Positions 26,046-39,138 of a stretch of 64,000 bases of DNA are shown here, one piece after another. This stretch comes from Octopus sinensis (lineage: Eukaryota): assembly GCF_006345805.1 (NCBI RefSeq), contig NC_043022.1, positions 24,056,001 through 24,120,000 on the forward strand, written 5' to 3'. The position numbers were made by a program, and so were the translations under genes. Each line of letters begins with the position of its first letter. Positions within the stretch are counted from its first letter, which is position 1. The notes under the pieces are model-generated. The model ran no database searches and was not told the origin of the DNA. It worked only from the letters and a program-made list of their open reading frames with translations.

Positions 26046-27881
26046 CTGGTGCAACCTCCCAACCTGGCAGCTCTGGTCATCCCATGCCGTAATAGGAAAC
26101 AGGCATTAAAGGATAGCTATGATGAAACACGTGTACCACATATGAACATCTTTGTCTTGTGTGAGTTGCTGGTGTCTCACAAAAAAGGCAGAAAGCGTCC
26201 AGTACACTTTGTAAAGTGGTGTGCATTAGAAAGAGCCTCCAGCCATAGGAACCATGCCAAAGTAGAGACTGGATCTCAACACAGTCCCCACCAGCTTGCT
26301 GGATCCTGTCAAACAGTTCGACATGGCAAAAATGATAATAGTTACTCTTTTACTTGTTTCAGTCATTTGACTGTAGCCATGCTGGAGCACCGCCTTTTGT
26401 CGAGCAAATTGACCCCAGGACTTATTCTTTGTAAGCCTAGTACTTATTCTATCGGTCGCTTTTGCCAAACCGCCAAGTTACAGAGACGTAAACACACCAG
26501 CATCGGTTGTCAAGTGATGTTAGGGGGACAAACACACACAAACATATACACATATATATATATACATATATACGACGGGCTTCTTTCAGTTTCCGTCTAC
26601 CAAATCCACTCACACGGCTTTGGTCGGCCCGAGGCTATAGTAGGAGACACTTGTACACACACACATATACACATATTATATATATACACATACATACACA
26701 CACATATATATGAACTGTTACTATGTAGTATTGATAGGTACAAGAACAAATTGTGGTTGACATAATATTAGTGTATGATAGAGAGCGAGAGAAAGGAAGG
26801 GGTATAGTGATGATAGTAAAGATGATGATGGCTACACATGCTTTATCATCAAGAAGCATTATGTATATAAAAATGATGATTTAGTGTTTGTAAGTATAAA
26901 GTGGATGGTGGTGGAGTGGAAACTGCAGTGGACACGCAGCGGCAGCTGCACGATTACCAGCAACCTGTAGTGATGAATGTTTCCCCAGCAATGGAAGCAG
27001 TCGATGGGGAGGGGAAGGGACAGAGAAAGGGACAGGGTAGAAAGGTAGTCAACCAGCCAGTTAGGAATCGCAATACCACAGTGAACTGACTGGACGACCG
27101 TCTGCGAGCAAGAAGAATTTTTTACGGGAATCGCGCGGCGCCAAGCGAAACCAAATCAAATGAAACGATAAATAAGGAGATGCTGATGGTAACTACTAAT
27201 TAGTGCTACTACATGAAAAAAGCCAAACCAATACACTGCTACATCAGTGGTAGAATCACGCAAAAGAAAAACAAAATAATCTCGATAAGAATTCAAAAGC
27301 AAAAAAAATTGAAACAACAAAACAGAACACCACCATCACTGCAACCCCCATCCTCTATCCCAGTGGCAAATCCCTAGAGATGCAATGGTAAGTAAGGAGT
27401 GAGTGGGTCAGAAGAATCGGTGGAGCATTGGGCAAGGTGGGGACAGTCAATTAGCGGAATCGGTGGAGCATCATCGAGGTGTGTCATGGGCTGTAGGACT
27501 CATAAAGCCATAGTTTGACCCTGTTTCCATGGTGTACGAGGAATTGAGATTAAAACTCTAGCCCCTAATTGAGACACCGGTCTGTTGCAGGGTTAACTCA
27601 CCAGCTATAGCGGGAACACAGTTACAGCTGATTGGACTGGAGCAATGTGTGACGAAGTGCTTTTGCTCAAAAACACAACATGCCGCCTGGTTTGGGAATT
27701 GAAACCATGATCATGAGTGCAACATCCTTAACCACTAGGCCAAACAACTTCACACACACACAAATTTTACAGCTTAATTCTGTCCCTCTACATCTGAAGT
27801 CTGAATCTTACAGAGGGTAATTTAACCGTTTATCTTCTCTAGTTCTCAACCAAGGTCCATATGGCTCTTTATCTCTCCAGA

Positions 27882-28133
27882 TAGGGTTCTCAATCAGAGC
27901 TCATATGACCCATGGGGTTCTATAAATGATTTTGGTGTTAAACTTTACCTGCAATAAATTGGTTATCCTTCTACAATACACAAAATATTGGAACAATTTT
28001 TTTTTTTATACAATTCTAATTATTATTTAATTATAAAAGTATGATATTTTAAACATCGAATGGCTAGAAGGGTTCATCTGAGTAAAATAGGAATCAAAGG
28101 GGTCTATAGGCAAAAAATGGTTGAGAACCACTG
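27882..28133. mobile_element. hAT-like MITE (end GGTTGAGAACCACTG)
   Basis: CAGTGGTTCTCAA-type terminus; second diverged copy at 33690-33940. Confidence 0.65.
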
Positions 28134-31100
28134 AGCTAGAGGGTTGATAGTATAAGAAGCAGTCAAGTACTGGTCTGTGGTAGAGTTTATTGAGGCAGCT
28201 GTCCCATCTTCTGTAGAAATTAGACCTTAATATGAAATGTGAAGCAGATGTTGAGGCGCAGGTGTTTTGCTGGATCACAAAGTTACAGGGATGTAAATAC
28301 ACTGACATTGGTTGTCAAGCAATGGTCGGGGACAAACACAGACACACACACAGATATACTCTTTTACTTGTTTTAGTCATTTGACTGCGGCCATGCTGGG
28401 GCACCACCTTTAGTCGAGCAAATCGCCCCCAGGACTTATTCTTTGTAAGCTTAGCACTTATTCTAGCAGTCTCTTTTGCCAAACAGCTAAGTTACGGGGA
28501 TGTTGTCAAGTGATGTTGAGGGGACAAACACAGACACACATATACATATATACGATGGGCTTCTTACAGTTTCCGTCTACCAAATCCACTCAAGGTTTTG
28601 GTCGGCATGAGGCTTTAATATAAGAAGACACTTGCACAAGGTGCTATGCAGTGGGACTGAACCCAGAACCATGTGGTTGGTAAGTAAGCTACTTACCACA
28701 CAGCCACTCCTGCGCCTGTATCTATATATATTTGACGGGTTTCTTTCAGTTTCCGTCTATCGAATCCATTCACAAAGCTTTAGTTGAAAACACTTGCTTA
28801 AAGTGCCATGCAGTGAGACTGAACCTAGAACCATGTGGTTAGGAAGCAAGCTTCTTACCACAAATCCACACCTGTGCCTATAAAAATTGCTTCAAACATG
28901 TACAAAAGAAAGAATGCAGAGAGGTTGAGTGGAGCTAGCTCAAAACATGTTGTATATCTTGATTACCAGTAAACATACACTCATGGCAGCAAGCTGGTAG
29001 AGTTGTTGGAGCACAGGGAAAATGCTTGGATGTATTTCTTCCAACACTTTATGTTCTGAGTTCAAATCTTGCTGGGATCAACATTGTCTTTTATCCTCCC
29101 ATGCTCAATAGAATAAAATATTTAGAGTTGATGGTTACAAACTAATCCTGTATACCTAAAAAATTGCTGGCCTTGTACCTAAATTAGAAGCCATTATTAT
29201 TAAACGTGTAATCATTAAATCTATAATTTAGCAGTGAAATATTATTGCATTATCAAATGAAGCCTGAAGACTTTGCCTGTAGAATCTAAACACGGAAACA
29301 CGGATTCTGCACCTTAGCTTTTCGGCAGGTATACACAATGCGTGGTAGAAATAGGCCTAAATTAATGTCTGATCAGTTAGGATAATAGATAAGGCACAGA
29401 CATTGCAGAAAGGATCAAAGTCATGTGACAACTGCCTTACACAGAATCTCTAAATCATAAGGAAAAAAAAAAAAAAAGCTGAGTTAATTTCTACTGACCA
29501 ACACAAGAACAAATTCTTCTTCAAGAATTTCTAAGACCCTCATGCTTGATGGGTTCTTTTATGTCATTACAGCATGGCATAAAAAATTTTATGTAACATG
29601 TTCTTTTACATGTTTCAGTCACTGAACTGCAGCCATGCTGGACCAGTGCTTTTAATGATTTTAACCCTTTAACGTTTAGATTCCTCTGTCGAGTGTAATG
29701 CTTTACATTGTTTTGCATTAATCATGCATCATCTCAGGTAAGTGTGAGAGGTGGCCAGTTCAAAAATGAAACACAAAGAATATTTGGGTCAGATGTGGCC
29801 AGTTTAAATACTAAATGACTGATTATATATATCAACACTAGGACTTATTTCAGTCTGGTTTATATTTGTTGAGATGTTATGGGACATAACAAACAACATA
29901 AAACACTGTATTGGCTGTAAACAACTGATGCTAGCATAAACACACACAAAGCTTCTGTGCAGTTTTCTTTCTACCATATTCTGGTCACAAGGCATTGGTA
30001 AAAGTGAAAGTATGTTGCATCTGTCTCATATCAACCTCATCATCATCTAATGCCCATGTCCCATGCTGGCATCAGTTGGATGCTTTGAGAGGATCTGATG
30101 TGTCAAAGGACTGCACTCTGCCTGCTCCAATGTCTACTTTGGCATAGTGTCTATGGCTGGATGCCCTTCCTAATGCCAACCACTTCAAAGCATAGACTGG
30201 GTGCTTTGTTTTCCTGCACAACCTATATTATTGAGGATGCTATGCCGTTCACAGGACTGTGAGACCTAAGTGAGGTAAGGTGTGGGGGGGCTCAGCTTTA
30301 TGCTAGGGCCGAGGGGGATTACTATGAGAGAGAGGGGGTACAGCAGATTCCCGCACTGGGATCTGCATGGCTATTCATGTCTAGTCGGGGAAAAGTGGGG
30401 TAGAGAAAGAGAAAATGATCACATAGGATCTGATATACATACAAATATATAATATACCTGACTGGTCTTAACTGCTTTTAAGTTGTGTAGTTATGGGGAC
30501 AGGGTTAGTAAATAAAACACTCCAAGAACAGGGCAGGGGTTATGAGGTGCGAGAAAAGAATCAATCAGTTAGAGGAAGTCTTGCGAGCAGAATATAATGT
30601 TAAAGATTATTATGGTTAGAGAGCAAGGAAACAAAACATCAGGGCAGTGGTGTGTGTGTGTAAGAGGGGCAGGGGAAGGGTCAGTATTCCACCTGGCTTC
30701 TGATTCCGGAGAACTTTAGGCATAATAAAATATTCACCAATTTAATTGGCATTAACCCTTTCTTTACCGTATTTATTTTGAGATGCTCTGTGTTTCTTTC
30801 AATTACTTTAAATATAACAAAGATATCTTTAGTAAGATATCTTTATTACCACTAAGCTAGTGTTAGAAACATAAATTGTGACTAAAGTTTGGTGAAAGAT
30901 TTTAATTCAAAACTTATGAAAACAAGACATTTGTACTCACAGCTTTTAAGTTGTGTAGTTATGGGGACAGGGTTAGTAAACCGTCCAACCCATGCTAGCA
31001 TGGAAAGCAGACGTTAAACGATGTTGAAGATGATCAAAGACACAAATCTTGCCTTGCCCCTCATAGTTCAATACTAGCTGATATTGGTTTACTTCCTTGA

Positions 31101-34100
31101 ACTTTTTCTTTGAAAGGGTGTCTGGGTAAGAGGGGATCAAAACCTATGCAAGTGAGGGATGTCAACCAACTCGACAAGCCGATCTGGCCCTCAACGTTTA
31201 TAGAAGGCAGATAATATTGAATAGAGAGGATGAAAGACAGATACATTGCACGTGAGACAGAAGGGGAGAGAGAGGGACGGAGGGGGGATGTTAGCTTTAA
31301 CTTTAGAAATTTTCTGTACCAAACGGGTGGTTGATGGGCAGTCGGTGGGGGTTCTTAAGAGTTTCTGAAAGGGTCATTAAAAAAGAAACAGGGCCTGTAG
31401 GAGTGGATGGGGTGGGATAGAGGAAGGTATCAAGACGAATCAAGGAAAAATAAGAATCGATAAATAGTAGTAGTAGAAGTAGTAGTAATAATAATAACAC
31501 GCAAATAAATTATGCAAGAAATCAAGACTATTAGTGGAGAAAAATTGAAAATGTATATATATATATACATATATATAGGTAATATATATATATATGTATA
31601 TATAAAATAAAGAGGAAAAAACTAAACAAAGGGAAGCTGTCAAAAATGCGAAGGTGAAACAGAAGAGGTTTAATTGCAAAGTAGTTAGTGAAAAAGGTAA
31701 AGTAGCAAAAAGCTTTTGGTCAGAGAATGGTAAAAAGGTTGTAGCAAGAAAGGTATGAGCCTAAGCTAAGAACAAGCTGCTTGCTGGCAACAAAAGCTCT
31801 TTTCAAACGAAGCCATGTTGTTGACAGAAAAGATTTTGAAACGTACGTAAGTATGGACTAATAACAGACGGACAGAGACCGCCAGGAAAATCCAAATGCT
31901 CGCACTGCTTCGATGTTGGAGGAGGGCGAGCTAGAAAAAGAAAAACACAGGCGTTAACTTATTCCACACTTTGCCCCATCTCGCAAGAACGACTTAAAAC
32001 CCAAAGGAAACTTTCAAGAAAAAAATCAAGGTAAAAAAAAAAATAATAATAATAATAATTTAAAAAAAAACAACCCCAAACAAAAGCCACTTCCCACTGA
32101 CAAAAAATTGAAATAAATAAAATAAAATAAAAATAGTTAAAATAAATTAATCTTGCTACAATAGTTTATTAATACTGAAAAGGATAAACAGGTTACTAAC
32201 GAGTCATTAGATATTTAACAGATTTCTCATAATTTTTTTATAAAGGAGGGAGGATAGTCTTTTTTCCTCTCCCTTGTGAATTTCAGTTTCATTCCATTTC
32301 ATTCCCAGGCGAAATGGCAGGCCTTAATTGACAAAGTGAAGGAATAATTAAAAATTAAGGAAAAAATATGATATCATTAACAAAAACACTAATGAAGTAC
32401 TTCAATATCTCATCAACAGTTTTTTTTTAATCACCACTCATGTGGTTTGGTATTTTGTAACTGACTTGCAATCTATTGACTGCGGGTTCAAACTGAGTGA
32501 TTGTTACATAGTTCCTCGCTTCATTCCAGCCAGAATGCTTGTGTGTGTGTGTGTGTGTGTTTCTTAATTGGCAGCTCATTGTTATGGATACCAGAAATAA
32601 GTATCAACTATGTAAGAACAATCATAAGGGTTAAGGAAACAATTTGACTTCATTTTAGGGTTTTTTTTCTCCCACATTTTTCTTGTGGAGTAGAGACTGT
32701 GTGTGTGTGTGTGTGTGTGTGTGTGGAACAACAAAGAAAAATACAATTGTTTGAATGTGATATCATTCTGCTTCTTGAATCGTTAACAAGGAAGCAAGAC
32801 GGAACGTATGAGATAGTTTAAAAGGCCATTTATAGATATATTCAGCAACTTAATAAATTAAAAACAGGTGCAAGTGAGGAAAGGCCAAAAAAAAAAGAAA
32901 AAAAAAGGGGGGGGCCAATTTATATGGAAGAATGGATTCTGTTAGGATTTCTGTATAAACAGCGATTTATCGATGGTCATGTAAATTTACTGGAACGTAA
33001 AATGATCTGAGCCGATTTACACGTTAACAGTTACACGCAGCAGCCTTGTGCAACTGCGGAGTGTTTATATAGCAGCGATGTAGCACTTCGGGGAAAACTG
33101 ATAACAGATCTTTGATTGTGTGCCAGCTGGCAGTTTTGAATTCGAGAGTGAGGGATGGTTGGTGATATGGTGAGGGAACACTGACAACTGGACCATGTCT
33201 CGATAATGGACAGCTCCGATACTTTCTATTGACCGACTGCAAGCCAACAGAATTAAGACAACCGTAGTTTGGTCTGTCTCTTACTATCACTTTCGTTATC
33301 ATATTTCTGGTGAAATACACAGCCTTTGTTTCAACAAATTTAGAACATAAAATTACTGTGAAATTTTGATGGAAAATTTAAATCAGATAAATTTAAAGCA
33401 GGAAATTTGCAACATTGCACCAAAGGCAGTTTCAGGGCAGGTTCGTAGCAAAAGGATTAACTGATTACTCAGTGATAGTAGCATTGACCTGTTTGTCTTG
33501 ACAAATAACAGAACGGTGTTAAGTTCAGTCAGTGATTGGTAGAACAACATTTGCAGTGGTGTGTGTGTGTGTTTGTACATTCTTGATCAATTACCATATG
33601 TTGTCTAATTGATCAGACCCATGAGTGGTTCAGCCATTACCATCCAATCTTTTTTTACTAGCAACTAGGAGTTCCAGTATTATTTATAGTAGAGGATCTC
33701 AACTGGGGTCCATATAAGATTTTGTTGTTAAGAATTAGGCGCAGTAAATTTGTTATATTTCTACAATGCATAAAATATTTTAATAATTCTTTTTTATACA
33801 ATTACTAATAATATTTAATTATAAAAATATACTGGGATTTTTTAAACACTGAATGTCTGTAGAGGATGGGGGGGGGGGTCCACTTGAGTGGAAGAAAAAT
33901 CAAAAGGGTCCATAGATAAAAAACTGGTTGAGAACCACCGATTTAAAGAGTGTCTTTCTCATTTTGTTTTTAATAGATGGTAAGGGACAATTTAAGGGAG
34001 ATTTGACTGTGACTGCAATTTCTAGTGGGCTGAACAATTCTGAAGGAGCACCCTTTGTAGGCTCAAGCCCCACCATAGACCATCTAGAAGACACCTTCAC

Positions 34101-36324
34101 CTCAAGAACCAATATGAAATCATAATTATTGTCGTTACCATCATCGTCTTTGGAGACTAAACATGTTTTTTGCAATTTATTTCATCATCTGGTCGGGCAA
34201 CTTCCCGGACCAATGCAATTCTTCCATACCAGTGTAGCAATATTGCTATCTTCACTGTTTGAGAAAAACATTAGGAATCATCTCGTTTGAGATTACAAAC
34301 ATCTTTGGCTAGTTTAACCTTGTTGTGTCCACTGATCTGATTGGTTAGCATCTAAGCGCGGTCTGTCTCTCTACTTATTTCACGCCAGTGTGAATAAAAT
34401 CTATCTTCTCTTTATAAAAGTAGAACGGTTTTTGGAGTCCTTTATTCATCTACTCTGGCACGGCATACAAACATGTAATATGGCTTATATAACATTACTT
34501 AATGTTATGTTATGTTGGGATGTGGCCGTGCGCTGTTGTACAAGAGGAGAAATATGTCACCAAACTCCTCACGTACGGTCGTATTCTCACACCAGAAACA
34601 CCAAATGAATGATGTGGTACGAGTATCAGGCTTGGTTTTTAGTCACATTGGTCTTTCGCTAACAGAAATATCACATTTGTGCACACCACAACTACAGATA
34701 ACAGCAGTGGTTCACTAAGTGAACTGGTTGATCCTAGCCATTGACAATTCATCGTCTGTTCAACAACCACTCAGCATCTAATGATATTTGCCACTGAGTC
34801 AACAAGTTCATCTGCCAAAATAGTTCACATCCACCTCACTCCATCTTATGATTTCAATGTACCTTGGCTTCGGTAGTAACACGCTAGTTAACCCATTGCT
34901 GGGACCCTGACAGGTGCTGCTACTCTGTGTCTGAGAACAGACTCAGGAACAACAGTGGCTTAGAGGAGGTTCTGCACTTCTCAAACTCCCGGAAATCCTG
35001 AACCAGGACCCACTACTGGATGCAGGTTAAACTCCTATTTACATTTACACTAAATTTCAATTAATTTGCTTTCCAACTGTCATCAGTTGAGCTAGTGAAA
35101 GCTTATGTACATAATACCAAGCTAGATTCTTCAAATTAGGAACTTTATTTCTAAACTGAGACTAAATGAGGTTGTGATGGGAGAGTTGTCCCCATTCTGC
35201 TCTTTCATTTTGAGTTTGTTGACACAGGTATATGCTCAAAGGCCCTGCATGGCCAGGAAGTTCGTGCCCAACATGACTGCAATCCAATGACCAAAACAAG
35301 AAAATGTGTGTCTGTGTGTAATTTAATATACACAAGATTTAAATGTGAGCCACTATTAGTTTCATACTTCTGGAAATATAATGGTCAGACAAGCATGTCT
35401 AGCATGCTGAGTATTTTCAGTCAATCACTCGGACTCAATATACATATATTTTTCCTAGTATGGATAACAGGAACGAAGCAAGACTAATGATGAAGATAAG
35501 AGATCAAATCCACTTGAAATATAATACAGATGTAAAAAAATAAAGGAGAAATTTTTTTTTTTTTCAAAATCTCTACATCTCTTAAGTCAAGGTTAATAAT
35601 AATGGCAGAAGTCTGTAAATCTTAACATCTCAGCTCATCTGTAGATATGTTTTATGCAAGCCACTCAAATACAAACTATATCAGGAACCAACAAGGACTT
35701 ATTAAGTGCTGATAATAAAAATAACCCCTCACTTATCTCTATAGCTTTTACTGAGATCCTTTACTGAGTGTACAGGAATTATTCTGCGTGTTATGAGTCA
35801 ACGGAAACAATAAATAGAAAACAAAAAAAAAAGTTTTCTGAATTTAATAAAAAAAGTTCATTGAACTTATAAAAACAAACAAAAAAAACTGTAAAGAAAT
35901 CTAAGCATTAATGAATAAACAAGTTTCTAATGAGACATCAGATACTTAAACAATTTTCTCATACTGTTGCATTTCTATATTTTTTTCATTTTATTTATTT
36001 ATTTTTTTTATGTAATTGAAGGGGTAAGTGGGCGGGTGGGTTTCTTATGGCTGCAAATTCCATTTTCCTTTTATAATTTCATTCATTCTGCGGAAAGTGA
36101 AATGGAATCACTTCAGTTTTGAAATGCGCTAGACGATGGCCAGATCAACAACCGCAGTTTTTTTTTTTGCAGAGTTTGTCATATTATAAAAATTTGAAAC
36201 TGCTCCGCAAATAAGCAACGAAATGAAAATAAACACACAAAAAGAAATTAGACGAAATTACAAAAAAAAAATAAAAATCTTAAAGCCTTTGCTGAAAGGG
36301 ACAAATCCAAAAAGTGTTATTCTC

Positions 36325-36393
<69 letters not shown>

Positions 36394-36626
36394 CTGTATT
36401 GCCTCCAAAACAAGATTCGGTGGTTAAAACAACCAGGACAGATTGGGTGGACCAGCAACATACCGTGGATGTGTGTGTGTGTGGACCTACTTAGTTTCAT
36501 TTACCTTCACTTTGCAGCAAGATTCACAGAACTAATAACAATATTTGATGTGTAGTAGAAGCAGAATAATATAATTATTGTCACAAGATGAAAAAAAAAA
36601 TCAGATTTCTTTCTATTAAGATTTAA

Positions 36627-37231
36627 CCCTTCAGCACTTAAACTGGCCCAAATATTCTACATGCTTGATGTCCAAACTGGCCAGAAATGGTTTCTCGCGC
36701 CTACACAATAATGTCATCTTAAAAATAAACAACAAGGCGCAGGAGTGGCTGTGTGGTAAGTAGCTTGTTTACCAGCCACATGGTTCTGGGTTCAGTCCCA
36801 CTGTGTGACACCTTAGGCAAGTGTCTTCTACTATAGCCTCGGGCCGACCAAAGCCTTGTGAGTGGATTTGGTAGATGGAAACTGAAAGAAGCCCATCGTA
36901 TATATATATATATATGCGTGTGTGTGTGTCCCCCTAGCATTGCTTGACAACCAATGCTGGTGTGTTTATGTCCCCGTTACTTAGCGGTTCGGCAAAAGAG
37001 ACCGATAGAATAAGTACTGAGTTTACAAAAGAATAAGTCCTGGGGTCGAGTTGCTTGCGATTAAAGGCGGTGCTTCAGCATGGCCGCAGTCAAATGACTG
37101 AAACAAGTAAAGGGAGGAAAGAGTAACCGCGTCACTGAAAATATCAAAGCTACAAGATAACGGTGTGATTAATTCAAAACAATGTTAATTAATAAGTATT
37201 AGGTTTGATAGATGAATCTGATGCTGAAGGG
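36627..37231. mobile_element. Second piggyBac-like MITE family (TIR CCCTTCAGCA/TGCTGAAGGG) split by a SINE A insertion
   Basis: Perfect 10-bp TIRs with TTAA-like flanks. Relatives at ~6614-6816, 29660-29815 and 57513-57679. Confidence 0.72.
36735..37125 (+). mobile_element. SINE family A, full length, nested in a piggyBac-like MITE
   Basis: GGCGCAGGAGTGGCTGTGTGG head to GAGTA tail, with MITE halves on both sides. Confidence 0.88.
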
Positions 37232-37466
37232 TTTAAAGTGGCAACTTGAGCAGAGAACACACTTCATCTAGGCTATTTCTGAAGATGACTGAGAACCAAC
37301 TGGGCTGAATGTAAAATGCTTTGATTACCCACGTCAAGTATGTAATTGTTTATTAGATTAATTGATTACTTAATAGAGTCGCTGGCTGTGGGGGTGTAAT
37401 GTGTAATCGACAGAAAAAGCCAGAAGGCAGAATAGAAACAGCTGGGAAAATTAAAGTGGTACTTAC

Positions 37467-37750
37467 TTGCTTGGAAAGACATAGAATCTGCAAAATGGCT
37501 CTGCACATTGGCCGGGACTTGCAAGGCAGTAGAGGTTAGAGTTGGTGGTGGAGGTAGAGGAGATGCAAACATACTGTGAGTGGCGGGGTGTGCCGTGGTA
37601 GAGTGGTGTGGGTGGAGAGTTGGCGGCGGCGGCGGGGCAGCCGGGTGATGAGAGAATGATGCCGGATGCGTATGCAGCGAGTTCAATGGGAGGTGTAAGT
37701 TACCAGCCGCAATCGGAATCGGGGAGGAGTATAACTGTGCAGCCGTTGGA
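37467..37750 (-). CDS. AUTS2: AUTS2-like exon (PTAAQLYSSP...HSMFASPLPPPPTLTSTALQVPANVQSHFADSMSFQA), phase 2->1
   Basis: Acceptor tttcgtctctttcag|T, donor GCAA|gtaagt. MFASPLPPPPTLTSTALQV matches vertebrate [21 protein letters not shown] (recalled). Confidence 0.9.
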
Positions 37751-37960
37751 CTGAAAGAGACGAAACACGAGATTTAGAACAAGGTTTCTCCATATATTTA
37801 CAGCAAAAAAAAACCAAACAAACAAAAAAAACATTACATACATATACACACATGTTAGGGTGGGGCTAAAATAATTTGGAATAAATCTTTATGTAACTAA
37901 GTTCACACAGATTGAAGTTCAGGTTTCACTCTATAGATTTATGATAACGATTTTGCATTC

Positions 37961-38356
37961 ACTCTCTTTTACTCTTTTACTTGTTTCAGTCATTTGACTG
38001 CAGCCATGCTGGAGCACCGCCTTTGGTCGAGCAACTCGACCCCGGGACTTATTCTTTGTAAGCCCAGTACTTATTCTATCGGTCTCTTTTGCCGAACCGC
38101 TAAGTGACGGGGACATAAACACACCAGCATCGGTTGTCAAGCAATGCTATGGGGAGAAACACAAACACACACACATATATATATATACATATATATGATG
38201 GGTTTCTTTCAGTTTCCGTCTACCAAATCCACTCACAAGGCTTTGGTCGGCCCGAGGCTATAGTAGAAGACACTTGCCCAAGGTGCCACGCAGTGGGACT
38301 GAACCCGTAACCATGTGGTTAGTAAGCAAGCTACTTACCACACAGCCACTCCTGCG
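37961..38356 (-). mobile_element. SINE family A, full length
   Basis: Complete copy, inverted relative to 36735-37125. Confidence 0.88.
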
Positions 38357-38711
38357 GATGTTCGTTTTTACATATTTTAGGCTGTCACTTACTGTGCAAC
38401 CAGTCCAGGTCTTAGAATTACAAGTACAATCCGTCTTATGGGCTTCCACATAGTTTCCATCTCAGGCTTGAGTCAAACTAGAGGCTATGAGAAAAGACAT
38501 CTACACACACGCCCCATCCAAAATTGACATGAAAAGGAATTACACGGCATGTAACTATTTCTCATGTCAACGGATCCAAATGAGTTGAGCATGGCAGCTC
38601 GAGCGAGATGCACCTGAGCAAGAGAGGCTGGAGTGTGATAGGCCAGCATCAACGAGACACGCAGCTAAAGTGTACTGAGCTACATGGTACAGTAGTTAGC
38701 TTCCTTTCTCA

Positions 38712-39022
38712 ATGTACCTGAATAAGACGGGCCCGAGTGTGATGGGCCTGAATGAGATGAGCCCGAATGAGATGGCCCCGAGTGAGACGGGCCTGAATGA
38801 GAAGTTCCTACGTAGGAAGGGCCAGAATGGGAAGAGCCCGACTGAGATAGCCCCGAATGAGATGAGCCAGAGTGGGAGGAGCCAGAGTGAGAGGAGCCAG
38901 AGTGTAATGGACCGTGTGGGAAGGTCCCGAATGCGATGGACCTGAATGAGAAGGTCCTGAATGTGATGGACCAGAGTGGGAGGGTCCCGAGTGCGTGGGT
39001 GCCGAGTGTGGCAGAGCAGAGT
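38712..39022 (-). pseudogene. Intronic 311-bp copy of AUTS2 exon segment 39710-40021 (HSGPS array) with a 1-bp deletion
   Basis: Nearly base-for-base identical; GGACCGGTGTG is GGACCGTGTG in the copy. Confidence 0.85.
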
Positions 39023-39138
39023 TAACGTCCGCTTTCCATGAGTTGGACACATGATTTGGAATACTTAGGTGGGAGATGTGTAGAATAATGGAAACTCATG
39101 ATACGAGACAGAGAAGACAAGGGAAACTGGATCCTTAC

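Noticed and set aside
34150-35290. Possible LTR-retrotransposon remnant (LGTNFL protease-like motif on the minus strand)
   Set aside because: One short motif with a nearby stop and no paired LTRs; too weak to call by eye.
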